A DNA stretch of 64,000 bases from Chiloscyllium plagiosum (lineage: Eukaryota), in assembly GCF_004010195.1 (NCBI RefSeq), contig NC_057719.1:48267071-48331070 (forward strand), read 5' to 3'. The notes beneath the pieces were generated by a model, which saw nothing but the letters and a program-made list of their open reading frames with translations, was not told the origin of the DNA and searched no databases. Numbering within the stretch: the first letter of the stretch is position 1; each line of letters opens with the position of its first letter. The position numbers and the translations under genes are program-made. This document shows positions 1 through 13,050 of the stretch, in pieces.

Positions 1-479
1 ACAGTCCTTTCTCAATGCCCCATTATCAGAGCAAGAAGTGCAGGAAGCTGTGAGGCAGCATCAGAGTGGAAAGGCGCCCGGTCCTGATGGACTTCCCAGT
101 GAATTCTATAAGGAATTTATAAATATACTGTCAGGCCCGATGCTGAATATGTTTAATGATTCATACAGTCATGTTTGTCTCCCACCATCTCTGAGAGAGG
201 CCAATATTTACTTATCCTTAAAAAAGGGAAGGATCCGGAAGACTGTGCTTCATACAGGCCCATCTCGCTCTTAAATGTGGACTTAAGATCCTTTCTAAGG
301 CTCTTGCGTTAAGGCCGGAGACTGTGTCACCTTCTATTATTAAAGAGGATCAGACGGGCTTCATAAAGGATCGCAGATCCTCCAATAACGTTAGGAGGCT
401 GTTTAACGTAATTCAAGCATGTCAACAGCAGTCAATACAGGGATTGGTGATTTCTTTAGATGCAGAGAAGGCATTTGAC

Positions 480-641
480 NNNNNNNNNNNNNNNNNNNNN
501 NNNNNNNNNNNNNNNNNNNNNNNNNNNNNNNNNNNNNNNNNNNNNNNNNNNNNNNNNNNNNNNNNNNNNNNNNNNNNNNNNNNNNNNNNNNNNNNNNNNN
601 NNNNNNNNNNNNNNNNNNNNNNNNNNNNNNNNNNNNNNNNN
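480..641. other. assembly gap (N run)
   Basis: Run of N. Confidence 1.
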
Positions 642-2090
642 GCTTTTTCAGGGTATAAGATTAATTTTGCTAAATCAGAGGCTATGCCTATGGGTGGTCT
701 TATGAAAGAGTTGGCTCTTGAGAGTGGCTATAGATTCCCATTTAGGTGGTCACAGGGGGGTTTTGTGTATTTGGGCATATTCATTACTCCAGTTCTGGAT
801 TGGCTGTTCAAAGCCAATTTTACTCAACTATTTGAAAAAATTAAACAAGATCTCCAAAGATGGGAGGCAGTTCCAGTCTCATGGTTGGGTCGGATAGCGC
901 TTATTAAGATGAATATTCTCCCTCGTTTGCTATATCCTATACGGATGCTCTCCCTGATTTCAATAAACAAACACTCAGGAGACTGAACAGTTGGTTCAGC
1001 TCCTTTATCTGGCACCATAAACGGCCCCTCATTAAATTAGCCAAACTGCAGTTGCCTCACAGATCGGGGGGAGTAGACCTTCCGGACATCAAAAATGACC
1101 AATTAAGCTTGCTTTTGACCTATGTAAGTGATTGGGTTTGTAGGGACCCTCTTTCAATATGGCTAGATATCAAAGTCTCCCAGGCAAGGTGCCCCCTTAC
1201 CAGTTTGCTGTTTTTGGACAAGGTGAGGACAGTTAGGGAATATTGCCATAACCCAATAGTCATCAATACTGTTAAAGGGTAATTCGGCAGAGGGAAGGTA
1301 ATATTGGCAAAACATCTTTGTTTACACCTTTAGTGGGTATGCCGAGTTTTCAACCAGGTATGATAGATTCAGGATTTAAACGTTGGGCTGCTAGGGGTAT
1401 ATCTTGCATGGGTGATTTATTTGAGGGAGATGTAATGATGTCCTTCAATCAGTTAGTACGGAAGTATGAGTTACCTAAATGAGACCTCTTTCGTTTTTTT
1501 CAAGTTAGGGATTTCATTCAAAAAAGGACCACACTTTTGACTACAAATCTGACATAGAAAGAGGGGTACTAAGGGCTAAGAGCTAAGAGTACACTCTCTG
1601 TCAGTACTCTATATCACCAATTGGGGGGTGCCACCTCAGATGAGTCTGATTGACTCTGCAAGATGTGGGAAAGAGAGCTGGGTGTTGAAGTTTCTTCAGA
1701 GGCATTGTGGCTATTTGGGAGAATGCAAGGAAGATATCAATTTGCAATAGGACCCATGCTTTACAGTTGAAGATTCTCCACAGGGTCCACTTAGCCCCAG
1801 ACCATTTGTCAAAATTTAAACCAGGGGTATCTTCAGCATGCCCCAAGTGCAAGGTCTGTACGGGTACTCTTACCCATTGTCTTTGGTCTTGTGACAGCCT
1901 TCAAACATATTGGAACGCTGTGGTGGGTGCAATGGAGAGGAATTTAGGTGTAGGGGTGGAGAAGGACCCCATTTCGCTCCTTTTGGGCCTACCCATTGTA
2001 TTTCCTGCAGAAGCGAATAAGAAAAAAAACTTTCAATATTCTTACATTCTGTGTAAGGAAGAATATCTTGCTAGGTTGGATATCAGAAAA

Positions 2091-2741
2091 NNNNNNNNNN
2101 NNNNNNNNNNNNNNNNNNNNNNNNNNNNNNNNNNNNNNNNNNNNNNNNNNNNNNNNNNNNNNNNNNNNNNNNNNNNNNNNNNNNNNNNNNNNNNNNNNNN
2201 NNNNNNNNNNNNNNNNNNNNNNNNNNNNNNNNNNNNNNNNNNNNNNNNNNNNNNNNNNNNNNNNNNNNNNNNNNNNNNNNNNNNNNNNNNNNNNNNNNNN
2301 NNNNNNNNNNNNNNNNNNNNNNNNNNNNNNNNNNNNNNNNNNNNNNNNNNNNNNNNNNNNNNNNNNNNNNNNNNNNNNNNNNNNNNNNNNNNNNNNNNNN
2401 NNNNNNNNNNNNNNNNNNNNNNNNNNNNNNNNNNNNNNNNNNNNNNNNNNNNNNNNNNNNNNNNNNNNNNNNNNNNNNNNNNNNNNNNNNNNNNNNNNNN
2501 NNNNNNNNNNNNNNNNNNNNNNNNNNNNNNNNNNNNNNNNNNNNNNNNNNNNNNNNNNNNNNNNNNNNNNNNNNNNNNNNNNNNNNNNNNNNNNNNNNNN
2601 NNNNNNNNNNNNNNNNNNNNNNNNNNNNNNNNNNNNNNNNNNNNNNNNNNNNNNNNNNNNNNNNNNNNNNNNNNNNNNNNNNNNNNNNNNNNNNNNNNNN
2701 NNNNNNNNNNNNNNNNNNNNNNNNNNNNNNNNNNNNNNNNN
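2091..2741. other. assembly gap (N run) flanked by a 13-bp direct repeat
   Basis: Run of N with ggatatcagaaaa at 2078-2090 and 2742-2754. Confidence 1.
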
Positions 2742-3259
2742 GGATATCAGAAAACCCCCCAGGCCTGTCGGGTTGGCGGAAGATTGTTATGGAGCATATT
2801 CCCCTGGATTTTCTCACAAATATGGTACACCACAAAACTGAGAATTTTTACAAGATATGGCAACCCTTTTTGAAATACCTGGACACAGATTTATCTGTCA
2901 AACTAACAAGGGCCTTTATATAGCCGCAATGATTGTGTTTCATGAGTCCAATATCCAGGGAGGAGGAACTGTGAATGTATGAGTGTTTTGTTTGGCTGGG
3001 CTGAGTTATGACAATTTATTTGTTTGTTGTTAGGTATTTATTTAGTTAAATAGCTAGTTCAGGTTATTTTTTAATTTTATACTTCTCTATATATGTTTAT
3101 ACATTCATATAGGAAGGTGGGTTGGGGAATTTATTTTTTATTATTTGGGTTTAGTTTTGTACTATTTTTGTACTGTTTTGAATTGCATTGTTTTGTATTT
3201 GTCGTAATATTTAAAAATCTATTTTTTCTTAATAAAAATATATTATAAAAAAACAAACA

Positions 3260-3840
3260 ATCCAGAGAGGTTTTAGGTTGCAGTACATTACAGAAATGGG
3301 AACACAACCACAAGGATAAGGATTTTAAATTTGATGTGCTAGGAGACCAAGAGTCAACGTAGGTCAGGAAGTAGTAACGTGAGAGCAGTGTAGGATAGAT
3401 ATAGGCAGCACAGATTTTGTTGAGTAGAAGTTATGGAGAGTAGTGAGTAGGAGATCATCAAAATGAGCATTGAAACGGTCAGGTCTGGAAGTAATAAAGC
3501 AGCAGATGAACTAATGTATGGGCAGAGACAGGTGATGGTGGGAGTTGGAGGAAATAATATAGTGTTAAAACTTGTTTTTGGGTGAAATAGGACTCTGAGG
3601 TGAGAAGGATCTGATTCAGGCAGGGATGCATTTGATGGCTCTGAGAACATAGAGTTTGTGACAGGGGCTGAAGATGATGGTTTTATTCCTCCCAATGTTT
3701 AACTAGAACAAATAATTGTTTATCTTGATTGGATATTGGACAAGTAGGTTGACAATACAAAGCAAACAAGCTGACAATGCAAAGGTGATGCAGGAGCTGA
3801 AACAGGTGGTACAGAGATAGAAATGAATTATTATCAACAC
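3260..3840 (-). mobile_element. old LINE remnant (L2-like)
   Basis: Purine-rich + strand texture resembling antisense L2 ORF2. No intact motif was recovered. Confidence 0.35.
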
Positions 3841-4679
3841 TCATTTAAAAGCAGAATTTTACACCTAACTCACCAGGGTGAAATGACAGGCCATAATATT
3901 GGGTGCCATGTCAGTGATGCTGTTCCTGCCACCTTCATCATTCTACTTACACCTGCTAAATATTTACCAGCAGCAAAAGAGTTGAGCAGACTGTTCACCC
4001 ATGGGATAACTGAGGGACTGAACTGAAGTCACTTAAGGTCCCCCCCCCTGAGATTTCTATTCTGGCAGAGAAAAACACTGCTGCCACTCTAATTGGTTGG
4101 CAGTTATCTGAAGTGAGGGGCAGACATCCCATCTCAAAGTAAATAAAAGATCAATAGTTGTTTAATGTTGTGGGGTGAGCTGGCCAATCCATGACAGACT
4201 CACACCAAACTTGTGCATAAGGGGCTGAACCACAGGCCCTGTTAAAGCCTGCAAATGATGTTATCAACCGGCATTTAGATCCTAGGGGCAAGATTCAAAA
4301 ATACAACAGATCTCCTTTTCTGTTACAATGACTTTAAAAAGAAAGTGATCTAATATTTTACAAGAAAGTCTGATTAAAAAAACGTTCAGTCACAAAGCCA
4401 GTACATATCCTTTGAATGAGGTAGATTAAAATATATTCAAAAACTCCCACCGAAAATTAGATAGCAGATCATAACACTGTGTCCCAACATCCTGGAATTT
4501 ACTGTGGTAATGACAGTGAAACTGTCAGCATGCATTATCACCACTCCCCTGAAACTGACAGCAAAATTGGGAACTCACATATGTGCAAAATAATGCAGAA
4601 ATCCAGAAGTTGCTGGTGATTCTATGCTCCTACTATGCTGTGGTTCCTTCAAATAAAAGCAAAATGCTAGTGAATGCTA

Positions 4680-4885
4680 GTAAACACAGTAAATGCTGGA
4701 GAAACTCAGTAGGTCTAGCAGCATTTGCGGAGATAAAAACAGAGCTAATGTTTCAAGTTCGGTGTGACTACTTCAGTTCCTGAAGAACAGTCATAATGTA
4801 CTCAAATTGTTAACTTTGTTTCTTTCTCCAAAGATGCTGCCAGACCTGTTGAGTATCTCCAGCATTCTCTGTGCTTGTTTCTGAT
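4680..4885. mobile_element. old palindromic PLE-type element with degenerate hammerhead
   Basis: Inverted arms (aatgctggagaaactcagtaggtctagcagcat / atgctgccagacctgttgagtatctccagcatt) centred on cttcag-ttc-ctgaaga. Confidence 0.65.
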
Positions 4886-7014
4886 GTCTTCTCAGCCTGC
4901 AGTTTTAACGGAATACTAATTTAATGATTACTACTAAACATATTACTCATCCCGAGTTGCTGATTTTATATTTGTAGAATGTCAGTTTTCTCAATTCAAA
5001 AAAAATGTGCATTTTAATTTTTTAATGGTTATGTTGATATCTTAACTTCTGACGGAATTGAAGAATGAATCTTTATTTCAATATATGAAAGCTTAATTTA
5101 AAAGTGAATGATAAAGTTATTTTAACTTGCTGCTTTGCCATCTAAGAGAATACTTTAATGTGATTAGCTGCTTACTCTGCTTGCTGATAGCATTACTGTT
5201 GGATGCTTGGAGATCATCTTGAATTGGTGCCACATTTAAAATGGCAACAGGAAAATGGAAATCCATGCCACAGAGATTGCAACTTACTTTAAGGCCAGGA
5301 ACAAGTGTCATTCATTTTGCCACTTTTCAAAATCTAAGTCATTTTACTCAGTGGGTTAATGGTATGGCTGTTATCATCTTTTAATGAATGGATAAATAAT
5401 ATACTGTTCTTCTAGTTAGCAATTTTGAAAATTGCTTGGTGGATCATAAAATGTTTGAAAACTGATGGTATATTTTAAAAGTTTTAACAGCAACAGACTA
5501 ACTTTTGCATCAGAGAAGGAATGATCTTAATTGTTTTGCAGAGTTGCAGTCTCGAATGTTCAGACACTAATATCTTTGTATGAGCCTTGGACATCATCCA
5601 TGCAGATCACAATGCATGACATGAGTAGAATGGAAAAAAACACAGTAAAATGGGGAGAGATCTTGTAGTGAAGGACATACGTCAGCGATTTTAGTAAAGC
5701 CAGACTTTCTTCAAGGGCATCAAATTAATTTGGCAACACAGTAGATTAGGAAGTAGGAATTCCTCCTTATGGCATTTCCAAGTAACACAACATGTTTGTG
5801 TGCCTGTTTTCTTTTGTGAAGAATTTAGAAACTGAACAAAGAAAAAACATATATTTATGAAGGTTAAAGGTTTTCTAAAATAATATTTTGAGGTTTGCTA
5901 TGCAATCGTGTTTCACAATGAATTTGCTTTGAGAAATTAATGTTGCCAATATATTTCTGCATTTTTGATTTATAGCTTGTTTAAATGCTTATGTAGCTCT
6001 TCATTCTTTTTAAATTGTAGATTGGAGGAAGGGATGGATATGAGAATACTGACACATTTTCTCATCTATACTGAGTCAATTATTTCCCTGAAGGCTCAGC
6101 AGTAACTAAATAACTGATGTTAAAATGATTTGTCTTGTTCTGGATCCACATGGAAAACAGCCCCAGCTAAAATGTTCTCACATATAAAATATATTTTATA
6201 CTTTGGTTCTTGTCCAGTGATGTAGTAGCCACATTTATGTAAAGTGCTTTTTAAAATTTTATACAGCTTTATTCCTCATTTAGCTTTATGTTGTTATTCT
6301 TTATTGATCTTAAGAACATGATGATCAGGAATAACTTGTATCAGAGCACAACTTTTTTTTTAACCATTTTCCTCTTATTTTCATTGCCTTTTCTTCACAC
6401 TGATATTGTTCATTTTGATTTCTTAAATATATCATTCTTTGAGATGTGGCATCACTGACATGTTTAGCATTTTCTATCTCTCGTGATCTTGACTATATGA
6501 GTGATGATATGCCACACTCTTGAACTGCTAAAGTTCATGTAATAAGTATAGTTCTACAATGCTGCTAGGTTGAATTTTTGACACAAGAACTGTGGAAAAA
6601 ATGACTATTTTACTAGGTAAGATGTGCAATCCTAGTACACTGGATGAATAAGGAACACACATTAAGCACCTTTTCATCCTTTGACCTGACTCTTCTGATA
6701 CTAATTTTACTTATCTCTCTGACCTGAATTAGTTTGGAAAATTTGGACTTCCAGTCAGGAAATATGCCAGTGTACTGTGTACTCCAATAGCATGACCATT
6801 TTATTTATCATAAAAGCAAAATTTAAGTCCCAGTATGAAAGTTGTACACGTCATATTACTTTTTAAAATATAGAATAAAAAGCATTTATAAGATATGTTT
6901 TTGTAACACTGTAACCAAAAATCTGAGGCATAGCAAGTTTAGCTATTTGTTATTATTTTCAAATAGATGAATAGGCTGATTGTCTTACTCTCACATGACA
7001 GGTTACAGTATGAT

Positions 7015-7146
7015 GATTCCTGATAAAGGGCTCCTGCCCAAAACGTCAATTTTCCTGCTCCTCGGTTGCTGCCTGACCTGCTGTGCTTTTCCACCATCAC
7101 TAATCTTGACTCTAATCTCTGGCATTTGCTGTCCTCACTTTCACCT
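7015..7146 (+). mobile_element. short PLE-derived element, family A (degenerate hammerhead)
   Basis: 15-bp TSD aggttacagtatgat at 7000-7014 and 7147-7161. Starts gattcctgataaagggctcctgcccaaaacgtc and ends ctcactttcacct. Confidence 0.85.
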
Positions 7147-8773
7147 AGGTTACAGTATGATACAACTCTCAATCTTTACTCAGTGTACTTGCTGTCTCAG
7201 TTATAACTACTCTCTCCAAGGTTAACACTGTACTCTTTTTTTTCTGTTCTAAATCCTTTAAATTACTTTTGGTCATATTGTCAAATATTAACTGAGGAGT
7301 TGTCATGACTTCAAAAGTTTTTTTTTCTCAGTTTTGATTTATTGTGTTGCCTCCTGGATCACATCTTCTCCAGTCTGTGGTTGGAATAGGCAAGCTAAGC
7401 TTTTTATCACTTCAAATAAACTAATACTTCTCTGGTCTTTGCTATTCATTTTATCAGCTTCTTGTTGATATTTTTAATTGAAAACATTTGGGAATGGACA
7501 TTTAAATTGCACAATTGTTTTAACATTCAAGAATGTGTGTCTGTACTTCCTTATATATAGGCAATACACCTCTTTTAATTTTTTTTTAAAAGAAAATGTA
7601 AAATAATTGAATGCTAAAAAACAAAGTATCACCAGCCAAACTATTCTTTTAGCTTACTTGATAATCATGTCAGCAAGCACCAAAGTCTGAATCTTCTCAA
7701 AGATGAAAGGATTCTGTACCTTAGCTAAAATGGTGACAGAACCCTGCATATGGAATGTCTGCCCCAATATTCATCACCCATTGTTTTTATCACAGAAGGG
7801 GAATGCATTTCATGGAGGCGCTGGCACCTTTCAAAATGCATCTGCCTTAAATCAGAAACCATTTCTGTTACTAGGATTTCTAAAGCAGGGCGCGTATTTA
7901 CAAATTGGAAGAAAAAGATCGAAAGCTACCAGAATTCCTTGGAGAGATCAAATGGCCTTTTGGACAAGTTACATTTCTCTTTGGGATTGTTAAGAGTCAA
8001 CATTAATGCACATAAAAAGTAATTAAGGTCTATAGAGCTACCAAATTGTTGAGTTATTTTTATCACCTGCTGTCTAAATTTCAAAACAAACACCAGCAAT
8101 TGAAAAAAACAGTTGTGCAATCTCACTCTTTCAGTAAAACATTTATTCCAAATTCCTTGTCTAATTTTTTTGAGACTACTCTATATTGATGTTCATTACT
8201 TAAATTCTTCTCCACAAGGGGAAGATTCCCCCTCTATTCAATCTTTCAAATCCTTCCTTAATTTTAAAGATTTCCAGTAAGTCACCTCTCAACTATCATT
8301 TTTCATGAGCGATCAGAGAGCCAATCCTTTTCTGATACGTATATTCATGCATTTCTAGTATCACTGTTTGAATTGTTATGTTTTCTCCAGTTCATTGATA
8401 TCCTTGTTCTGTTCATAATATTATACAGTCTCCAGTATGGTCTTGCCCAGGGTGGGGAAGCTTTTTACATTGGAAGGCCACGTTTCATTTAACTGAGATC
8501 CTATTCGGCAGCATGCTGAGAATTCAATATATACAACAAAATGTCCCATTTTTGTTAACATATTTACTAATTTTAACCAAAGCCTGCTATTATATGAGGA
8601 CTTTAAACAAAATAAAAATTCAGCCGACACATTTCTTTGTTTGTCAGAGTTGAACTAATAATAAGTGAAAAACTTAGACAACAAACCATTTAATGACTTG
8701 TTTGTGAGATAGGAATCAGGTATGTGGTTCCAACATCATTGACCGTAGCTTTAATTGTTCCTCTAGGTGAATA

Positions 8774-8886
8774 GTTGAAACTTTATTGCTGGAACAGCAC
8801 AGCAGGTCAGATGCTGCCTGACCTGCTGTGCTTTTCCAGCAATAAAGTTTCAACTTTGATCTCCAGCATCTGCAGACCTCACTTTC
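8774..8886. mobile_element. palindromic family A element nested in the hAT
   Basis: 15-bp TSD tcctctaggtgaata at 8759-8773 and 8887-8901. Inverted arms gttgaaactttattgctgga.../...tccagcaataaagtttcaac. It has no hammerhead core. Confidence 0.9.
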
Positions 8887-10324
8887 TCCTCTAGGTGAAT
8901 ATCCATCATCTGAGATCTCAAGTGGGTTTTAATTTGTGACACATATGAAAATGTTGATTCACAACAGTAGGTTGTGCCAAAACAAGACAGCATTAAGCAA
9001 GCATGTTTACGTAGACATGGGTATTCAATGGCATGTTTCCATATTTCAGTGGGATCCTTCTTAGCGTCAATTGGAGACTTCAGAATATTATCTTCTGAGA
9101 GCTCAATCAATTCCATCTGGAAGTCATCAGGTGCTTTGCAAACATCAACCAGGTGTGGTTGAAAGCTAGTTTCAGTCTGAGATCATGTTTCTCAAAATCT
9201 GCAAACCTTTCATTGTATTCTTCAGCCAGGGAGTCTAGAACAGCTGTGCATTGTTTCACGTTGCATTTCCTTAATGATTTGCGTATATCCTGTTCATTAA
9301 TTACCTTTGCCGGTTCAGGAAAGTGTTCAGCTGAAAGTTCCGATCTGGTAAGGAGAGTTTTGGATTTGCCTGGATTTTCAGCCACATATCATATATAGAT
9401 TTAGTTTTGCCTTGCAAAAACATATTCAGATCATTTTGCTTGGACATCATATCACAAAAAAATGCAGCATTTCTGCAGAAATCCTCTTTTGACAATTCAC
9501 ATGGTTCATTCACTTCCTCAAAAAAATCTTGTGATTTGCTTTCACAAAAAGTTTTACAAGTATTTGTCCTTGTGCCAACCAGTGCACTTTAGAATGATAT
9601 AGCAGATCCACACTGAATATTTCATTATCAAATTGAATCATGTTGCGAAATTGGTGATGCCATGAGGCATTTATTTGAATGCAGTTTGCAATACCTATAA
9701 GTTTCTTTAATGTGTAACTTAAAACAGTAGATTTGGCACAGATTATTTTGATACAAAAAACATTGAAAGGAAATCAAAATACCTGGATCTGGCAATTCTC
9801 TTTGGAGCAATGCAATAAATCCTTCACATTTTCCTCTCATGGGAGATGTGCTGTCTGTGCATTTCCTAAATTACATAAATTCAGCTTTGCTTCACACCAT
9901 TTTTCTTTGAAGGCAGTGAAGATGTCAATTCCACTTGACCTCGCCATTAAATTATCCAAAGCGAGTAACTCCTCATGGCAATGAAACTTCACAGTTGGAA
10001 CACAAATAAAAAATAACACCTGTGCTGAGTCAGTAATGACATTGGATTCATCCAACACAATTGAATAATAAGTACCTTTGCTTTGGCATATTGTATGAAG
10101 TTGTTCTGTTACATTGTGGGCTAATTCATGTTGCTGATCAGTTATGGTCCTTCTTGAAAGAAGTAGTTGTTTGTATTTATTAAACTTATTTGAATCTAAA
10201 CATCTTATAACTTCAACAATGCATTCTTTTATGATTTCCATAATGGCTTATCTCTTTTTCCAAGTATATATGCAACTTTATAATTTGCTTCAGTGATGTC
10301 AGTCCCTTGTCCTGACATTTTAAA

Positions 10325-10512
10325 GGAGAAAGTGAGGTCTGCAGATGCTGGAGATCAGAGCTGGAAATGTGTTGCTGGAAAAGCGCAGCAGGTCAGGCAG
10401 CATCCAGGGAACAGGAGAATCGACGTTTCGGGCTTATGCCCGAAACGTCGATTCTCCTGTTCCCTGGATGCTGCCTGACCTGCTGCGCTTTTCCAGCAAC
10501 ACCTTTCCAGCT
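10325..10512. mobile_element. palindromic family A element nested in the hAT
   Basis: 13-bp TSD ctgacattttaaa at 10312-10324 and 10513-10525. Near-perfect inverted repeat centred on cgggc-ttat-gcccg (loop 10434-10437). Confidence 0.92.
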
Positions 10513-10999
10513 CTGACATTTTAAATACTTGCTGCTGTTGCTGTTTTTGATCTTTAATTTTCTGAAGACTTTTGGAGCTCTTCCAGTTTAGCATATTTGT
10601 GGTCCTTATGAGTTGTATAATGTTAATATGCATTGTATTTCTTCACTGTTGTAATTATGGTGTCGCAGAGCAAACGTAATTTTATTTTCACAGCAACTAC
10701 GTAATACTGCAATTCCCATTCTTCATTGATTACTCTCTTCTCTTCCTTTAATGTTTTTTTTTAGTTTTTGACATGACTGGTGCCCAGATTTAAAAATGTG
10801 GATTTAGTATATGCAGACAAATAGGCAGAAGGTTGCAATTGGTAACCCCAAAAGGCTGCATGCGGCCTTAAGGCCACAGGATCCCCCTGCCTGGTCTAGC
10901 CAAAGTTCAGTACAGTTTTAGAGCAATTTTCTTATTTTCAAATGCATTCTTGCCAAACTAAAACACGCAGTTTCACAGGTTAAGCTGCTTTTTTTTGTT

Positions 11000-11300
11000 T
11001 TTCTGCTGGAATTAGAATTCAGTTAATAAATCTGGCATCTAAAATAAGTCTCAGTAAAGGTGACTAAGACAATTATCATTGATTATTGTAAAAATACTAT
11101 TTTATTTCACAAGTACCCATTAAGCAAGGAGATCTGCCATCCTTATCTGGTTTGGTTTGGTCTACATTTGACTCCAGCTCCACAACAATGTGGTTGACTC
11201 TTAACTACCCTCTGAAATACCTAAACACCTGGTTGAAGGCAATTAGGGCAACAAATGCTATCTTTACCAGAGACACCACATTTCATTAAAATATAAAAAT
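11000..11300 (+). mobile_element. SacSINE1/DeuSINE-like SINE, old and 5'-truncated
   Basis: Similar to the copy at 37603-37957 (ctgccatcctta...tgactccag...aatgtggttgactcttaact...gggcaacaaatgct). Confidence 0.6.
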
Positions 11301-11361
11301 ATAAACCTCCTCCGAGCACTGCATCATAATCATCAGGACTAGATTTCTGCCATTTTTTTTA

Positions 11362-11715
11362 TTTCATAGAATCCCTACCGTGTGGAAGCAGGCCATTCGG
11401 CTCACTGAGTCTACATCAGTCCTTCGAACAGCATCCCACTCAGACCCACACCTCCCCAACCGTATCGCTGTAATCCTGCCATGGTTAACCCACCTAGCCT
11501 GCACACTATGTGAAATTTGCATGGCCTAACTTGCACATCTTTGGACTGTGGGAGGAAACTGGAGCACCTATAGGAAACCCATTCAAATACAGGGATAATG
11601 TGCAAAGTCCACACAGACAGTTGTCCGAGGGTGGAATCGAACCCAGGTCCCTGCTGCTGTGAGGCAGCAGGGCTAACCGCTGAGCATGCATGCTGCCTGA
11701 TTCTATGATTCTATT
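11362..11715 (-). mobile_element. HE1-type tRNA-derived SINE
   Basis: Minus strand has A-box-like gctcagcggttag and B box ggttcgattcc, a body with tgtgtggactttgcaca, and a CR1-like tail ending gggattctatga. Confidence 0.85.
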
Positions 11716-11739
11716 CTATATAATTTTATTTTATATGAA

Positions 11740-13050
11740 CATCTGAAACAAGGAACAAAGGTGGGTCACTTGGCTCTTTAACCTGCTTTCCATTCAATAA
11801 TATCATGGCTGATTTGATTTTAATCTCACTGTAAATTCCTGCATATTCCTGATAATCTTTTGTCTCCTTGATAATCAACAATCTATCGATCTTTGCCTTA
11901 AAAATATTTAAAGATTATGCACCCACTGCCTTTTGAAGAAGGGAATTCAACCCTCTGAGAGAAAAAAATAATGTTTCCTTATTCCAGTTTTTAATGGGAG
12001 ACCCCTTACTTTAAACTATGACAACTGGTTTTAGATTCTCCCACAAGGGAAAATGTTCTTTCAACATCCACCTGGTCAATTCTTGTCAGGATCTTACCTG
12101 TTTCAATTAAATCATCTTTGACTACAGAAAGCTACCCTGTCTGGACTCTCCTCATAATGCAATCTGCTCTTCCAGTCCCGCAAAACTGTTCTGAACTACT
12201 TCCAATGCATTATCATCCTTCCACAACAACAGTGTCCATTACTGTACACCATACCCCAGATATGGTATCAGCCATGCCCTGTATAACTGAAGCATAACTT
12301 CATTATTCTTACATTCAATTCCTATTGCAATGAAATGACATTCTCTTATCTTTCCTGATTACTTGTTGTACCTGCAAGATTACCTGTACTCATTCTTTGC
12401 AATTCATGCACTTGAACACCCAGGTCTCTCTGCATTTCAGAACTCTGTAACCTCTCACCACGTAGTTTTTTTTTAGTTCTTTCTGCCAAAATGAACAATT
12501 TCATACTTTTCAACATTGTACTTTATTTTCCAGAAATTTGCCAATTTGCTTGACCTATCTATATCCCTTTGTAGGCTTTTTAATTCCGCTTCACCACTCG
12601 CTTTCTTATCTTTGTGTCACCAGCAAATTTAACTGACATAACTTTATCAAATTATTTATATAACTTGTAGACTTGAGGCTCCAGCATTAACTCCTGTGGC
12701 ACACCACAGTGACATCCAATCAGTTTGAAAAAGACCCATCAATTCCTAATCTTTACTTTGTATTAGCCAGTCAATCTTCTATCCAAAATAATTAGTTACT
12801 CTATATACCATGAGCTTTTAATTTCTGCAATAACCTTTATTGTAGTTCTTTATCAAATTCCTTCTGGAAATCTAAATACATTATATTCACTGGTTCTCCT
12901 TTGTCTATAACATAAGTTACTTTCTCAAAAAACTCTAATAAATTGGTTAAACATGATTTCCCTTTGACAAAACTGTATTGATTCTTTCTGATTACCTTGA
13001 ACTTATCCAAATGTCCTGTTATAACATCTTTACTAACAGCTTCTAACATA
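11740..13050 (-). mobile_element. CR1 LINE ORF2/3' fragment, decayed
   Basis: Minus-strand ORF FVKGKSCLTNLLEFFEKVT...YLDFQKEFDK. Confidence 0.85.

Larger units (their letters stand above)
1..3258 (+). mobile_element. L1/Tx1-clade LINE, decayed ORF2 (RT to C-terminal Cys-rich domain) plus 3' UTR
   Basis: ORF fragments contain GKAPGPDG, DQTGF, SLDAEKAFD, GYKINFAKSE, LGRIALIKMNILPRLLY and C-terminal CPKC...THCLWSC. There are frameshifts and stops, an AATAAA at about 3231 and an A-rich tail. Two N gaps interrupt it. Confidence 0.9.
8448..10893 (-). mobile_element. hAT DNA transposon (SPIN/Charlie, GTF2IRD2-like transposase), decayed
   Basis: 8-bp TSD gtcttgcc (8440-8447) / gtctagcc (10894-10901). 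Imperfect TIRs CAGGGTGGGGAA / (rc) CAGGCAGGGGGAT. Minus-strand ORF pieces YSIVLDES..TDSAQ and CFGTTYCCESTFS. It sits inside a CR1-like remnant. Confidence 0.9.

Noticed and set aside
324..2873. Long ORFs (220-388 aa) in the ORF track
   Set aside because: They are inflated by N runs, and the real parts are decayed L1 ORF2.
7703..8022. Overlapping 90-96 aa ORFs in unique sequence
   Set aside because: No recognisable domain or convincing splice signals.
8850..10633. Possible GTF2IRD2/ZBED-like host gene
   Set aside because: The ORF is fragmented, bounded by TIRs and an 8-bp TSD, and interrupted by insertions.
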